DNA of 63,851 bases, taken from positions 124,001 to 187,851 of the forward strand of contig NOWV01000149.1 in NCBI GenBank assembly GCA_003344405.1. The letters are read 5' to 3'. Position numbers and translations under genes: made by a program. The notes beneath the pieces are model-generated. The model did not search any database. It was not told where the DNA came from and saw only the letters and a program-made list of their open reading frames with translations. The stretch is from Trichoplax sp. H2 (taxonomy: Eukaryota). Below are positions 25,165 through 37,056 of this stretch, in pieces. Position 1 is the first letter of the stretch. Each line of letters starts with the position of its first letter.

Positions 25165-27924
25165 TCATTTGCGAGGATGAACTTGATTGCTGGTCTTTCT
25201 TTGATCTTGAGGGTTGTTGTCTGGTTGAACAGAATCAGCGCTGGCATCGGCAAGTACTTCCACAGGTTTTGTCTTCAAAGAATTTTTAAAATTATAACTA
25301 GTAATTTCCGCCATTGCTATTTGCCGATTATTTAATTCAGGGCGGTAATAGATAACATATATTTTAGGAAGAAACAAACATAGCATTGGTGAAATACCAA
25401 AAAAAAGAGTGGTTAAAGCTGTGATACTATCTGCAATTTCACCGAATAGAATCACGGTCGTTGGAATAGTACATATTTCGACAACAACGATCAAGATGGA
25501 CGATAAATAAATATATCTAGATTCATTAAAATTTTCAGGTAACAATCGTGCTCTAAATGCTAGAACCAAACAAGCTGAGCCAATCAAACATAGCCATACA
25601 ATTAAGTTTAGACTACTATATCTATTGGGAATCTGACATATAAATATCAGCTGCTTATTTGTTACTTCATGATGAATAGTAATCGGGAAGGCAAAAACTA
25701 AACATAATAAAATCGCATTAGCGATGAATAGCACCGTGAAAATAAGTAATACTTGACTGGTATTACGAGTAAAATGAATAATCTTGGTTTTTCTTCCAAT
25801 AACATTCTTAAATATTAAGGATACTTGATTTGTCTTACAAAATATGGTGATAAATATACCAACTTGGCTAGTAGTAGAAGAGAACATTCTTGCTAGACAA
25901 ATTGGAATAGATGGAGGCAGTATGTACAAGAAAGCTGTTGGAATGCACGCCATGATAAACAACAATAGTATATTGATTAAGATGAAATTGGATCCTTTAA
26001 CTACAGGGAAATTTCTATGGCGAATCATGACTATCCAAATGCCCATTACTACAAACAAATTAGCCGAAGCTAATATAATAAATGTAATAGCTAAAGGTCT
26101 ATCAAATTGCGATTGAATTAATACAGGATCAGCACATTTTGTATTATTATCATTGGGTAGGGTTACATCGGGACATAATTGGCAATGGGGACTATTGCTC
26201 TCATTTGAGATCATATTTTGGGGACATTTTCGACATTTCCAACAGCATGGTCGTAATGATAGTGAAATATTAGGATCTTGATATAAATAATAGCCAGGAG
26301 GGCAATCGCTGGAACATTTCGACAAAGGTCTGTTAAACCATGATCGATTTCCATTCCATATAATGTTCCTTTTATTGATCATTAGACCTTGCGTTTTATT
26401 CCAGTACCCTACTTCGACAATTTTGACCTTTGCCTGTGAATTAGAAGTTGTTCTTTGTAAATTGATAACATCAAAGTAAGATTCTACCGCACCATCAGAT
26501 CGGAAGGTAATATCTGGACTTGTTACCCCGGTAAATCGTATATTTCTTAAAACTTTATTAAATTGTTGACGATTGAAACTAGTATTATATCCAGATGGAC
26601 AGTGAGTTGTATTACAACCAAGAGCCTTATGCAATGCTTGAGCATATGCCAAAGTTGCATCAATAACATATCCAGCGACAAAATCTGCTTTAAAAAACGA
26701 ATTTAAAACTTCTTGTTTTATCACCCTATCTACTGTACAATTTTCTAAAATTGAATCGAAATCCAATCCTAAATGATTTAATTTTTCGCGACACAGTTCT
26801 ATAAACCACGGGTTTTCAAGGTTGTTGCAGAAATCAAGTTGGTTAAGATAGTTTTTAAAGCCATGTAATGCTTCATTGCTAAATGTTATGCCTATCGCTC
26901 CTCCAATAATCTCGGCTCGAATAGTGTGGATACGAGGCGAACTTAACCAATTATAGGTACCCACAAAGGTAATACCTGCCACATTTTGAGCTTCTGCTTG
27001 CTTAAGCAGATCATAAATGATTGATTCTTGTCCAAATAAAACAGCAACACGTGAATTGGATTGGCTCTTCCATTTTGTAACAATGTCAATCAGATCAGAT
27101 GTCGTATAATTGTCATAAATTCTAGAAACAGTATGGTAACATATACCGTGAGTTTGGGCCAAAGTAGATATCATTTGATAGGAATTTTCTACCTCTGCAG
27201 TACCAGCAATGACTATGGATATCCAGTTCCAGTGGAAAACTTTAACGATATCAAAAATAATTTGCCTATGAATCGTGGAGGATGCCGAGGTTCGGTAGAA
27301 ATAAGGAAAATGTTTACGATCGCTTAATAGGGAAGATATGGAAAAGTAACTAATTTGAGAATAGCCAAGACTACTCGTAAGCGAAGCTAAAGAAGTGGTG
27401 ATAAAATCCGATCTCTCTCCTACAATTCCCACAACATGTCCTCGAGAATTCTCTTCAATACTTGTACCACTTGCAGATAATGTACGACATAAAATTTTAG
27501 AAGAATTTAAATTACGTCCATTTTGACAGTGAGCTAAATAGGACTGCCTTTGTTTATCTTGTATTAAATGAGAGGCCAATTTTGTAATGGCTACTTCTCG
27601 TGACGAACAGGAGTCGATCAAGGTCCAGCCAAGATTGATACCTGGCAGTAATTTGGTATTATTATTGATTATATTATTAAGAGCATAGATCATAGCTTGT
27701 GTAAGTTGTATATCTCCGGTACTTAATTGGCTGCATCGGCGAGAAGTAGCATTAAAATGCAGAGAGTTGGAAAAAATACCTATTAAGCGAAAGTCGCCAG
27801 AATTGACATGTTCTATTTGTGATTGAATTTCAGGAATATCGGCAAATAATTGCTGAAAAATTAAAAGCCATCGAAATATTGAATAAGCACCAAAAGGCAA
27901 ATAACGAAGGCTCCAAATTGACAT
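25165..27924 (-). CDS. Class C GPCR, intronless, 919 aa
   Basis: Full architecture. Closest in the window to 17162..19882 (shared SLASLTSSLGYSQISY, IYDLLKQAEA, NISLS.RPCCW). Confidence 0.95.
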   Translation of the reverse strand: MSIWSLRYLPFGAYSIFRWLLIFQQLFADIPEIQSQIEHVNSGDFRLIGIFSNSLHFNATSRRCSQLSTGDIQLTQAMIYALNNIINNNTKLLPGINLGWTLIDSCSSREVAITKLASHLIQDKQRQSYLAHCQNGRNLNSSKILCRTLSASGTSIEENSRGHVVGIVGERSDFITTSLASLTSSLGYSQISYFSISSLLSDRKHFPYFYRTSASSTIHRQIIFDIVKVFHWNWISIVIAGTAEVENSYQMISTLAQTHGICYHTVSRIYDNYTTSDLIDIVTKWKSQSNSRVAVLFGQESIIYDLLKQAEAQNVAGITFVGTYNWLSSPRIHTIRAEIIGGAIGITFSNEALHGFKNYLNQLDFCNNLENPWFIELCREKLNHLGLDFDSILENCTVDRVIKQEVLNSFFKADFVAGYVIDATLAYAQALHKALGCNTTHCPSGYNTSFNRQQFNKVLRNIRFTGVTSPDITFRSDGAVESYFDVINLQRTTSNSQAKVKIVEVGYWNKTQGLMINKRNIIWNGNRSWFNRPLSKCSSDCPPGYYLYQDPNISLSLRPCCWKCRKCPQNMISNESNSPHCQLCPDVTLPNDNNTKCADPVLIQSQFDRPLAITFIILASANLFVVMGIWIVMIRHRNFPVVKGSNFILINILLLFIMACIPTAFLYILPPSIPICLARMFSSTTSQVGIFITIFCKTNQVSLIFKNVIGRKTKIIHFTRNTSQVLLIFTVLFIANAILLCLVFAFPITIHHEVTNKQLIFICQIPNRYSSLNLIVWLCLIGSACLVLAFRARLLPENFNESRYIYLSSILIVVVEICTIPTTVILFGEIADSITALTTLFFGISPMLCLFLPKIYVIYYRPELNNRQIAMAEITSYNFKNSLKTKPVEVLADASADSVQPDNNPQDQRKTSNQVHPRK

Positions 27925-28459
27925 TTTAAACTGAAATATGGAAATTAATAGCAGTTTACGGAAAAAATGTTATGATTTCTTCGGTCCTCGAAGCGAATCT
28001 AATTGTTCTGTTATCGTCCAATGAAGAATAATTTATCGGATATTTTACTAGACTATTTTCCTGTAAAATTCTTTTGCCTCAATCGTAACGTTAATCAAAT
28101 TAATTGTAATGGTAGTTGTTTAGAAATAATTTTATACAGATAATTGCAATGGTTACAATGATAACTGTTTAAAGAAAGAATAGTGCTTATTGTTCTATAA
28201 GTAAGAAAGATAACCTTTCTGGAAAATACCTTTTCATACTAAAGATCCGGCTGATCACAATATAGTATTCAAATCTATTTGAATGTTGAAAACAGATCAT
28301 AATATTGGTTTGGACATCTTGCAATTTTATGAGCAAGTAATACAATTTTTGCTGTTACTTCTTGTTAGTTTCGTTTCGGAGATCCTGTACTGGCTTAAAA
28401 GTAATCCAATTATGCTTTAACAGATATTTTAATTTCAGCACATGGTATACGTGACGGAT

Positions 28460-28990
28460 AATTAAGCGTTATTGACTTAACTGATATTTTCACAATCAAT
28501 GATAATTGTAATTTATCATATAAAAAGAGATTTTTAAGATTTTCGGACTGAATTACCGGCAGACCTTCTACTATTGAAATTTATGCTTGCTCTGTGTAGA
28601 AACTGAATTACATCTCTACAGAATTGTTTATTTCCTATTATTTGATACCGTATTGCAATGACTTGAGAAAAGAATGAAAAATTAAAATACTGAAAGGTGT
28701 CGACTGAATTACCTTAGTTAAGAAGTTCGTTTTTAACTATAGTCGGGTTAACTTAAATAGAAATATTACGTTGGTAATAACTTATACTTTTCTACTTTAA
28801 TGCAACAATTAACTATGAATGCTACTGTTTGACATTATTGTAGAGCGTAAAGAAATCTTAAATAATCTTTACTAAAACATTCGCGGACAAATTCAATACT
28901 GTTGATAGAGCAGCAAAACTGAACAAATCTGTAACAAAATGGAAGTTCATTTTACAAAGAATTTGAAAATTATCTCAAGTTATAGCTAAG
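28460..28990 (+). pseudogene. Decayed LRR coding relic
   Basis: LSVIDLT (28462), TELFISY (28618), IIFTKTFAD (28862), EVHFTKNLKIISSYS (28942). Confidence 0.4.
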
Positions 28991-29479
28991 TGTGTGAAGT
29001 GATTGAATTACTAATCATAGTGATTCAAGTTGACAAAAGAAATTGGAATACTAAATTGTAGCTTCAGCGGACAATCTTTCAAGCGGAAAAAAAGTTGTAC
29101 TTAAATTGACAGCGTGGGAAAAAATCTTCAACATACAATACCAGGAAATAAGGCGTTTGTAAAGTTGGAGTCGATGTGAATTTTAACTCCTTTTTTATTT
29201 CCATTTCATTCTTACTTAATCCTTTCAAGTAATAAATGATATTATAAACAGTTACGGAGAGTGCTATTAAAGTATCAGAAATGGCGATAAAACTAGCTAA
29301 TAAAATGGAAATCTCTGCTGAAAAAGAACGACTAGAGCAGTTTTTGCTGTAGAATTATTTGATAGCAGATATACTAGTTTTGATATCTGAATTACTTCGT
29401 CCATTCTGGTATCAAATATATTGGCATTCTTACATCATTGATTCTAGGAGAGACTAAGTTGCGGGATGATTTATAATCT

Positions 29480-31030
29480 TGAACGTTGAAGCTAGAAGTG
29501 AACCAATACTTAAATTAGTATTATCTGGAGAAGGATATGATATGATGACATTAAATTTATAATTAGCAAAACAAGCTATTGCTCTTGTCGAGTGCTTAAT
29601 TCTGGGCGAAATAAATAATATAAATTTTGGGAAGAAATAAGCATAGTAGAGTTAGTAACTCTCAAAAACAGGATATAGAGTAGTAACTTGATCGACATGG
29701 ATGCATGAGATGATCAGTGCCATCGATAAGGTACAAAAATCAATTGCTGCGATTAAAATTAATGTCAAATAAATATATCTAGATTCGTTAAAGTTTTCAG
29801 GTAATGAACGTGATTAAAACGCTTAAATTAAACAAACCGTACCAATCAGTACTATCATACTGACAAGTTAATGGTTCTAAAATTATTTAATATTTCACAT
29901 AGCAATTAAATTTTTCCTTATGATATCAGTGTCAGATGTTGATCAACACCAAAGGACACAGTGTAATTTAAACATATAATAAAAACACATAATAAAATTC
30001 CATTTGCAACATTTAATACTATCAAATTGGGCTCTATTTGACTACAGTTGCGAGTAATCAAATAACCCTTGCTTTCTTAGGGATGGCATTCTTAAAGAAT
30101 AAAGATACTTGATTAGTTTTACAAAATATGGTTATAAATATACCAATTTGCACCGTAGCCGATGCGAAAATTCTTAATTGACAAACTCTAGTCGATGCAG
30201 TTAACGAATATACAAGAGAGGCCGGAATCCACGACATGAAAAAACAGTAATGCATTCGTTAATATGAGATTGGATCCTTTGAAAATAGGTGTATCCGTAA
30301 AAATAATCATAGCTATCCAGATGATTGCAGCAGTAATGAAATGAAATGCAGATACCGTCTAAAATGTAATACATATCGGACTGCTAAAATTAAAACAAAT
30401 TAATTACAGATCGATAAATTCTGTATAATTAGAGTTGGATGGAGTTACACTAGAACATAAATTGTAATACTTTAAACTGGTACTGTTATAAATCTGGTAA
30501 ACGGGATATTTTCGACATTTAAAACAACATAATTGCGTTGATTGTGAAATATTTTAATCGTAATATAGATAATATGCAAGACGACAATCGATAGATCATC
30601 TCACTATCGAAATATCGTTCTGTGGTCGCTTTCCATTCCAAATAATTTTGTCGCTATTAATAACTAGACCCTGTAATTTATACCAATAACCTATTTTAGC
30701 TCTTTTAAGGTTTGCATATTTACTGTAGTTTTCTTTCTGGAAATTAGCTATAACGAGGAGTGACTTGACTGAGCCTTCAGATGAGAAAGTTATATTTACA
30801 TTTATAAATGTAGAAAATTGTAAGTTACTAAGAAAATCATTAAATTATTGATAATTGGAAACATGATCTTGCTGATATATACTGTTGGTCCTATTGCAAC
30901 CTAGGAACTTATGCGATACTTAAACAAATAATAAAGCAGCTTTGATAGCGTGTCCAGAGAGAAAACCGATACTATAGAGCGATTTAAAGTTCTTTCAAAT
31001 TACTATTAATTAAACAGTTCCGCATGATTA
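29480..31030 (-). pseudogene. Class C GPCR pseudogene, 3' half only (paralog of 17162..19882)
   Basis: Nucleotide-collinear with ~17200-18720 from C-tail to late VFT. ORF 30058..30255 reads VCQLRIFASATVQIGIFITIFCKTNQVSL. Many stops and frameshifts; 5' half absent. Confidence 0.9.
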
Positions 31031-31439
31031 TATCAGAATTAAGTCGTAACTCATTTAATAGACAATATACCATAATGATCGCACTAGAAATAATAACAGT
31101 AATGATTTGTTAGGCAAATGACTGTAGGATATAGTACTTGAATCATTAAATTAGAATACTGAATTAAACATCAAAAGTCAACCCTATAATCAATTCATTG
31201 GATTATTCACGTGATCATACCTGTATTCTGTTACATTGATATCATCTTCTATTTTTGAATTACTACTTTCAGTGATCTTGTGCATGTCACCAATTTCTAG
31301 ATTTAAATTACATCAAATTGTTGTGGAAAAAATTCTCAGTAATAAGATATAATACTAGTACACAAAGTAATTGAGAGTTGGTGAGCATGATTTGAATATG
31401 AAAGGAGGGTTTGGAAATGCCTGTCATCAGCTAATATCA

Positions 31440-31850
31440 AAATTACGTAGAGTTAATACGTAATTTGCTGTAATGTTAGATAAATAAGTATTGGTGTACC
31501 CATATACTGAGCTTCTATACTTACAACATGACTACACTTTCATAGATTTCTTAACTACTAGTAAATAAACTAATTTTGAGTGAGCAATATCTTCAATTTC
31601 TTTATTATTATGGATTAAATATTTATGTTTTCAAGGTAGGGTTTTGACACGTTTAGTATTTGGATTTTAGGTACGAGTTTCAATCTGGGTAGTCATGTTA
31701 CTCTTTTAGTTAATATTCCAATAATTATAAGTTATTCTACAAAACGATAATAAGATCAACTTGAATATATAAATTTAAACGTTCGTCAGTGGGAAGACAT
31801 ATAGTAGTTTAGAGATATTTTTAAATAATTTTCAAACAAAATAAGTCCTT
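31440..31850 (+). pseudogene. Possible decayed LRR relic
   Basis: CFQGRVLTRLVF (~31626) and VILQNDNKINLNI*I*TFVSGKTYSSLEIFLNNFQT (31731). Confidence 0.35.
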
Positions 31851-32557
31851 CAATAAGAAACAATTTTAGTTTTATTTGAGGCTAAAATTTTGCATACCAG
31901 AGCAGAAAAGGCGTAAGAGCTCGTATACACCGGTGACATCTTAAAAGCATTAATATCAGTAATTTTAAATTATTATGCTAATTTATAATTTAAAATTAGT
32001 CAAGTAAGACGTTGTAATATAAATGCTAATTCTATATTAAAATATAGCAGAGGTAAATTTCAGGACTGTTATAAATCAGAAGAAATTTGACATCCCTAGC
32101 TAATGAAATATCGTTCCTACATTCCAGGTTACGAGAAAAATTACGAATAAAGTGATAAATTAACACTTCGAAGTTATAGCTTGATTTTTGATATTTATAA
32201 GATAGAAATAAATTAATATTTTTTCATAATACATATTTCTTTATACATTTGTTGAACTAGTACGGTGTGACATTTTGTAGTAGATAGTATCTGTTGCAGC
32301 AAAAATTCGTAGTAAGATAAAAAATACTTAACCCTGATAATTTTTTAAGTCAATCAAGTTGAGAGAATAGAATCTTCCAGCCAACAATGATTGGCTACTT
32401 TTAATTCTCATCTTTAGTTAAGTAAAACTTGTAAATAAACTTCGAAATAGTGTAATGCCAATTTTATACCAGCAAAATGCGAAAATTGAATTTATGCTTC
32501 AAGTTTGTGTAAAATTTAGAACATTAAACTTGATAGAATAAGTTAGTAAAGTTGTTA

Positions 32558-35392
32558 CTACAGTGCATCATTTTCAATAAACTCCGGGTTAGTTATGCCT
32601 TTCACGGCTAATGAGCTTGCCCTATTTGGAGTCTGAGGAGAAAGAATCTTACGTCCAATAGCTATGGGAGAACTTTGCATATAACTATCAGTGGAGTTAT
32701 ACGGTAAAGGCGATCTTGCTGCAGGCTTGCTTTTTCCAAAAGAAAAGTTAGCCACACTTACTACAGCTTGTTCTTGAGTATTTAACTCAGGCTGTAGGAA
32801 TATTATATAAAATTTAGGTGCGAAAAGACAAATTAAAGGAACTAAACCAAATAAAAGGGTAGTTATGGATCCAATAATCCTATGTAGAATCCCAGTTGTA
32901 GCTATAAATGCTGGTATTCCTGTCAAGGATACACAAAGAAGCATTAACGAAGACAAAAATATGAACTTTGCCTCACTAAAATTATCCGGTAATGATCGTG
33001 TGCGATACCCCATGAATAATGTAACTGAACATAAGATACCTATACTAATAGTAGCAATTAGAAAAATTGGCTCTCCTCCAACTCGACACATAACTTCCAT
33101 AGCTTGCCCCGAGTTTGCCCTCGATACTTGCAGCTTAAGCAATTCCGCTGGCTTATAATAGTATACTCCTATCATGAGACCATTCAGTAGGAGTAAAATG
33201 AATATAATACTGATAACTTGGTATTTATTTCTAACTACTTTGGATCGAAAGGAATTATGATTGATGGAATTTTTAAATATCAAAGAAATCTGGTTGGCTT
33301 TACATATGACAGTTAGCAGGATGCCACAATCGGTAGTACATACTAAGCAGACAGTTGCTAAACAAACTTCTTTACGAACTGGCAAGAAAAAAGTCAAAGA
33401 AGCTGGAAGAGATACTGAAATAAAGAATAAAACAAGACTTAGAAGAATAGAATTAGATGCTTTAATAATTGGAGTATTCCTTTTAAAAATAATGATAACC
33501 CAGCAGAATAGGAGGCATATAATAAAAATAGAGGCCACGATGTAATAGACGATAACGAATCCATGATTCCAACTAAATTGAACAATATCAAAATCAATGC
33601 ACTGAGTTCTGTTAGCATTTGGCTTAGTAAAACTTTGACATGTTATACATTCAAATTGATTTGTTGTATTAGATATTGTCGGTGATAAGCATGGATGGCA
33701 TGTCCAACAACATAAACGATTCAGAATATTTTGGCTGCGAACTTGGTAGAATCCAGGTTGGCAATCGATAGAACACCTAGATTGAGGTACTTCGAACCAT
33801 GGTCTATTTCTATTCCAGACAATTTCCTCATCGTTTATTTTTAGACCTTCTTGATCATTCCAATAACCAATGATAATAGGCTCAATACTAGTAGTGCCGT
33901 TAATTATTCTTGGTTGGAGGTTAATAACGTTATAAGACAACTTACTACTACCATCGGATCGAAAACGAAAATGTTGACCGGTAATTCCTTTGAAGGTAAT
34001 ATTACTTAGGATACGATTGTATGTTTCAGAGATTCTTTCAACCGTATGAATTGGAGGACAATACGTAGCATTGCATCCTAGATATTCATGCAATGCATGG
34101 GCAAAAGCTAATGCAGCGTCCATTACAAATGCTGAAATATAACTAATAGAATAAAATGAATCCCTATAAATACTTTTTAATTTTAATTCTAAAGTACAGT
34201 TGGCGATAATTTCATCAACATTATAGTTTAAAGACTTCAACGTTTCTCGCCATACTTGCATAAACCAAGGATTAGCCAAGTTGTTACAAAAATCAAGTTG
34301 ATAAATATACTTTGCAAAGTCTATTAATGTATTGGCTTTCAAATCAATTCCAATTGCGCCTGCGATTACATCAGCATTTATCTTACGAATTCGAGGGGAA
34401 TTTATCCATCCGTACGAGCCAATGAATGTTCTACCTGTTAGTTGTTGCGCTTGAGCTTGCTGAAGAAAGTGATAAATAATAGATTCATCACCTACTAAGG
34501 AGATTACATGAGAAGTAGGCCGTATCTTTAAGTCGTGAATGACCTTTACTAGTTGATTTTGAGTATAATTATCGTAAAGAGTAGCTATATTTCCAATACA
34601 CATTTTTCGGCCGGAAATTCCAATACTCTGGAGCATCGGTAGAACAATATCGATCGTTTCACTACCGGCAACCACCACTGAGCCCCAATTCCAATTAAAC
34701 TTAGTGGCAATATCCATTAAAGCATCAACTTGAGCATGATGCGGAGGAGAAGTACGGTAGAAATAGGGATAAAATTTTCGATTCGTTAAAAGTGAACTAA
34801 AAGAAAAATAACTAATTTGCGGGAGTTGGAGGCTACTTGTAAATGATGCAGTAGATAAAGTAACAAATTCCGACTTCTCTGCTAAAATTCCAAATGTTGG
34901 CGGATGATTAGTTTCATTGGCGTTAAGGCTATCCATAATGATAATTTGTGTTTTATTTAAGTTGTCAATATTAATTTCACATTCCAATTCCGGAAATTCT
35001 TCTGGTTCTGACAAGAAGACATTGGCTGTAAGAGCAGTAATAGCTAATTCTCGTGATGAGCAAGAATCCATTAATGTCCAACCAACATGAATACCAGGCA
35101 GCAGATTTGGATTATCGTTAATCAATTTGTCAATAGCGTAAATCATGGCTTGAGTCAACTGTATATTGGTCATACTAAATTGACTACATAATCTAGTAGT
35201 TAGGTTGAAACGAAGCGAATTGGGAAATATACCTTGCAGCTGAACATGACCAGATTTTCGACTAATAATTTGATTTTTGCTAAATGTTAAACCATGGCAA
35301 TCGAATAAATTAATTAGAAAAACGCAGAAGAATAGGAGTAACGTGTTGATTTTCAACATATCTAAATATGGAAAAATCGACATGAATTTCAT
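32558..35392 (-). CDS. Class C GPCR, intronless, ~944 aa
   Basis: Full architecture: QAMIYAID, LPQISY, YPYFYRTSP, CCWTC, PIIKASN, LPDNFSEAKFI, FAPKFYII. First ATG is 35392 (track start 35428 is TTG); later ATGs are also possible. Confidence 0.95.
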   Translation of the reverse strand: MKFMSIFPYLDMLKINTLLLFFCVFLINLFDCHGLTFSKNQIISRKSGHVQLQGIFPNSLRFNLTTRLCSQFSMTNIQLTQAMIYAIDKLINDNPNLLPGIHVGWTLMDSCSSRELAITALTANVFLSEPEEFPELECEINIDNLNKTQIIIMDSLNANETNHPPTFGILAEKSEFVTLSTASFTSSLQLPQISYFSFSSLLTNRKFYPYFYRTSPPHHAQVDALMDIATKFNWNWGSVVVAGSETIDIVLPMLQSIGISGRKMCIGNIATLYDNYTQNQLVKVIHDLKIRPTSHVISLVGDESIIYHFLQQAQAQQLTGRTFIGSYGWINSPRIRKINADVIAGAIGIDLKANTLIDFAKYIYQLDFCNNLANPWFMQVWRETLKSLNYNVDEIIANCTLELKLKSIYRDSFYSISYISAFVMDAALAFAHALHEYLGCNATYCPPIHTVERISETYNRILSNITFKGITGQHFRFRSDGSSKLSYNVINLQPRIINGTTSIEPIIIGYWNDQEGLKINDEEIVWNRNRPWFEVPQSRCSIDCQPGFYQVRSQNILNRLCCWTCHPCLSPTISNTTNQFECITCQSFTKPNANRTQCIDFDIVQFSWNHGFVIVYYIVASIFIICLLFCWVIIIFKRNTPIIKASNSILLSLVLFFISVSLPASLTFFLPVRKEVCLATVCLVCTTDCGILLTVICKANQISLIFKNSINHNSFRSKVVRNKYQVISIIFILLLLNGLMIGVYYYKPAELLKLQVSRANSGQAMEVMCRVGGEPIFLIATISIGILCSVTLFMGYRTRSLPDNFSEAKFIFLSSLMLLCVSLTGIPAFIATTGILHRIIGSITTLLFGLVPLICLFAPKFYIIFLQPELNTQEQAVVSVANFSFGKSKPAARSPLPYNSTDSYMQSSPIAIGRKILSPQTPNRASSLAVKGITNPEFIENDAL

Positions 35393-37056
35393 AGAAAAGA
35401 ACAGGCAAAGGTCTAATATTCCTTTCAAAGAAGTTTTATTGTTGACATAGTTTAATCTTGCAAGACATCCAGGATAACAATCTTGGCAACGATGGGTGTA
35501 AACATTAACGATTATTAACGAAGTAATCTATCGTTACAGCAATTGTAGAGCAATTGAAAAAAAAATTTTTTTAATCGAAGTTAAAAGGCGAACTTGTAGT
35601 TTTTATTAGCGGAAAACAATTTTTTTCTGCGCATGACTTACTCAAACGTTATCGTCATGTTGAAGACTAGATAACGTCATAATGGCAAAAGAAGGACAGT
35701 AGAATAAATATATGACGTCTATATAAGAAGATAAAAGCATCATATGGCTAACAAGACTGCTATTATAAATTTCATGGCCTATAATAATCGATAGTTCATA
35801 GTATTTTTCCCTCACGTCCTGTTGTTCTCCTCTATTGGTGGGACTTATTCGTCTAATCTAAAACCTTTCGATCGCGACTCTTGAACATATAACATGAACT
35901 ATAAAATAAAGATTATCGGTATAGAATTAAAAAATTATTCAAAAATTTAATCTGACAGCAATGTGAGAGATTCTTATAAATAATACAAGTAAATTTGTAT
36001 CTTTAAATTATTAACATGAAATTGTTATTCTGCACTGATAGAGCATAACGCAAAAGTAGTAACAGTTATGAATCATAATTATACCCAACTGCACTTTTTT
36101 TATGTAGATCGATTGTGCAGCGTTATAATAAATTATATATTTGAATAATAGGAATGAATTTGTCATATTCATGGTAATAGTAGAAAAGATCAGCACATTT
36201 GATTGAAGTTTTTATCCACATTTTAGTTGTTAGTTACGATAATGTATCTACTGTATTTTGTTGTTCTTGACGTGACAAAAATTTATTCTTTACTTTGCGT
36301 ATTATTTTATTAATCATATTATTAATCTCCAAGGGAAAAATCACTTTCTTAGTTATAATACTACGAAGATCTTTTCTAGATCTACTAAGTCGTAATGAAT
36401 TGAAGCATAACTGGTATATTGGACGTAGTTTTAACACAGATTATGCCATCGAGTCAGTTTGAGTGTACAGTAGATCATCAAATTCAATGAACACAACAGC
36501 AGAATTGTATTGGAGACATAGTTACAGTTTATATATATATATAAATAAGAACAAATATTGTTCATACGCAAGACAATGTAATTGGAACTCGAATGCCATT
36601 CAATAGATATACAACAGTAAATTGTATGCGTTAAATTTTTGTAATTGGAATAGAAATTTATTTTATGTCAGATTATCACAATGTAATTTAATTATTACGT
36701 ACATATGGTCCTTTTTATATAGAAATCGATGGCTTATTTAAAATATAACAATTTGGATTACCATACCAACTTAACATAGTTTATATAGTTGAGGACATTC
36801 TCTAAAATTTTATTTTCTAGAATAATTTGATCGAGTCAAGAGAATAAATATGATATCTAGCTCATATGCATTATATAAAAGTAAAAAACAGACATCGGTA
36901 TATTACAAATAATCTAAGTCGCACTGCTAGAAGTCAATTCAAACAACATTTAGATAAATATCGTGTTATGCTATCGAGATCAACTTAAAACAAAATTCCA
37001 GAAAATTGAGCAATGATGTAATAGTTGAACATGGAAGATATCTGATTCTTGATACG

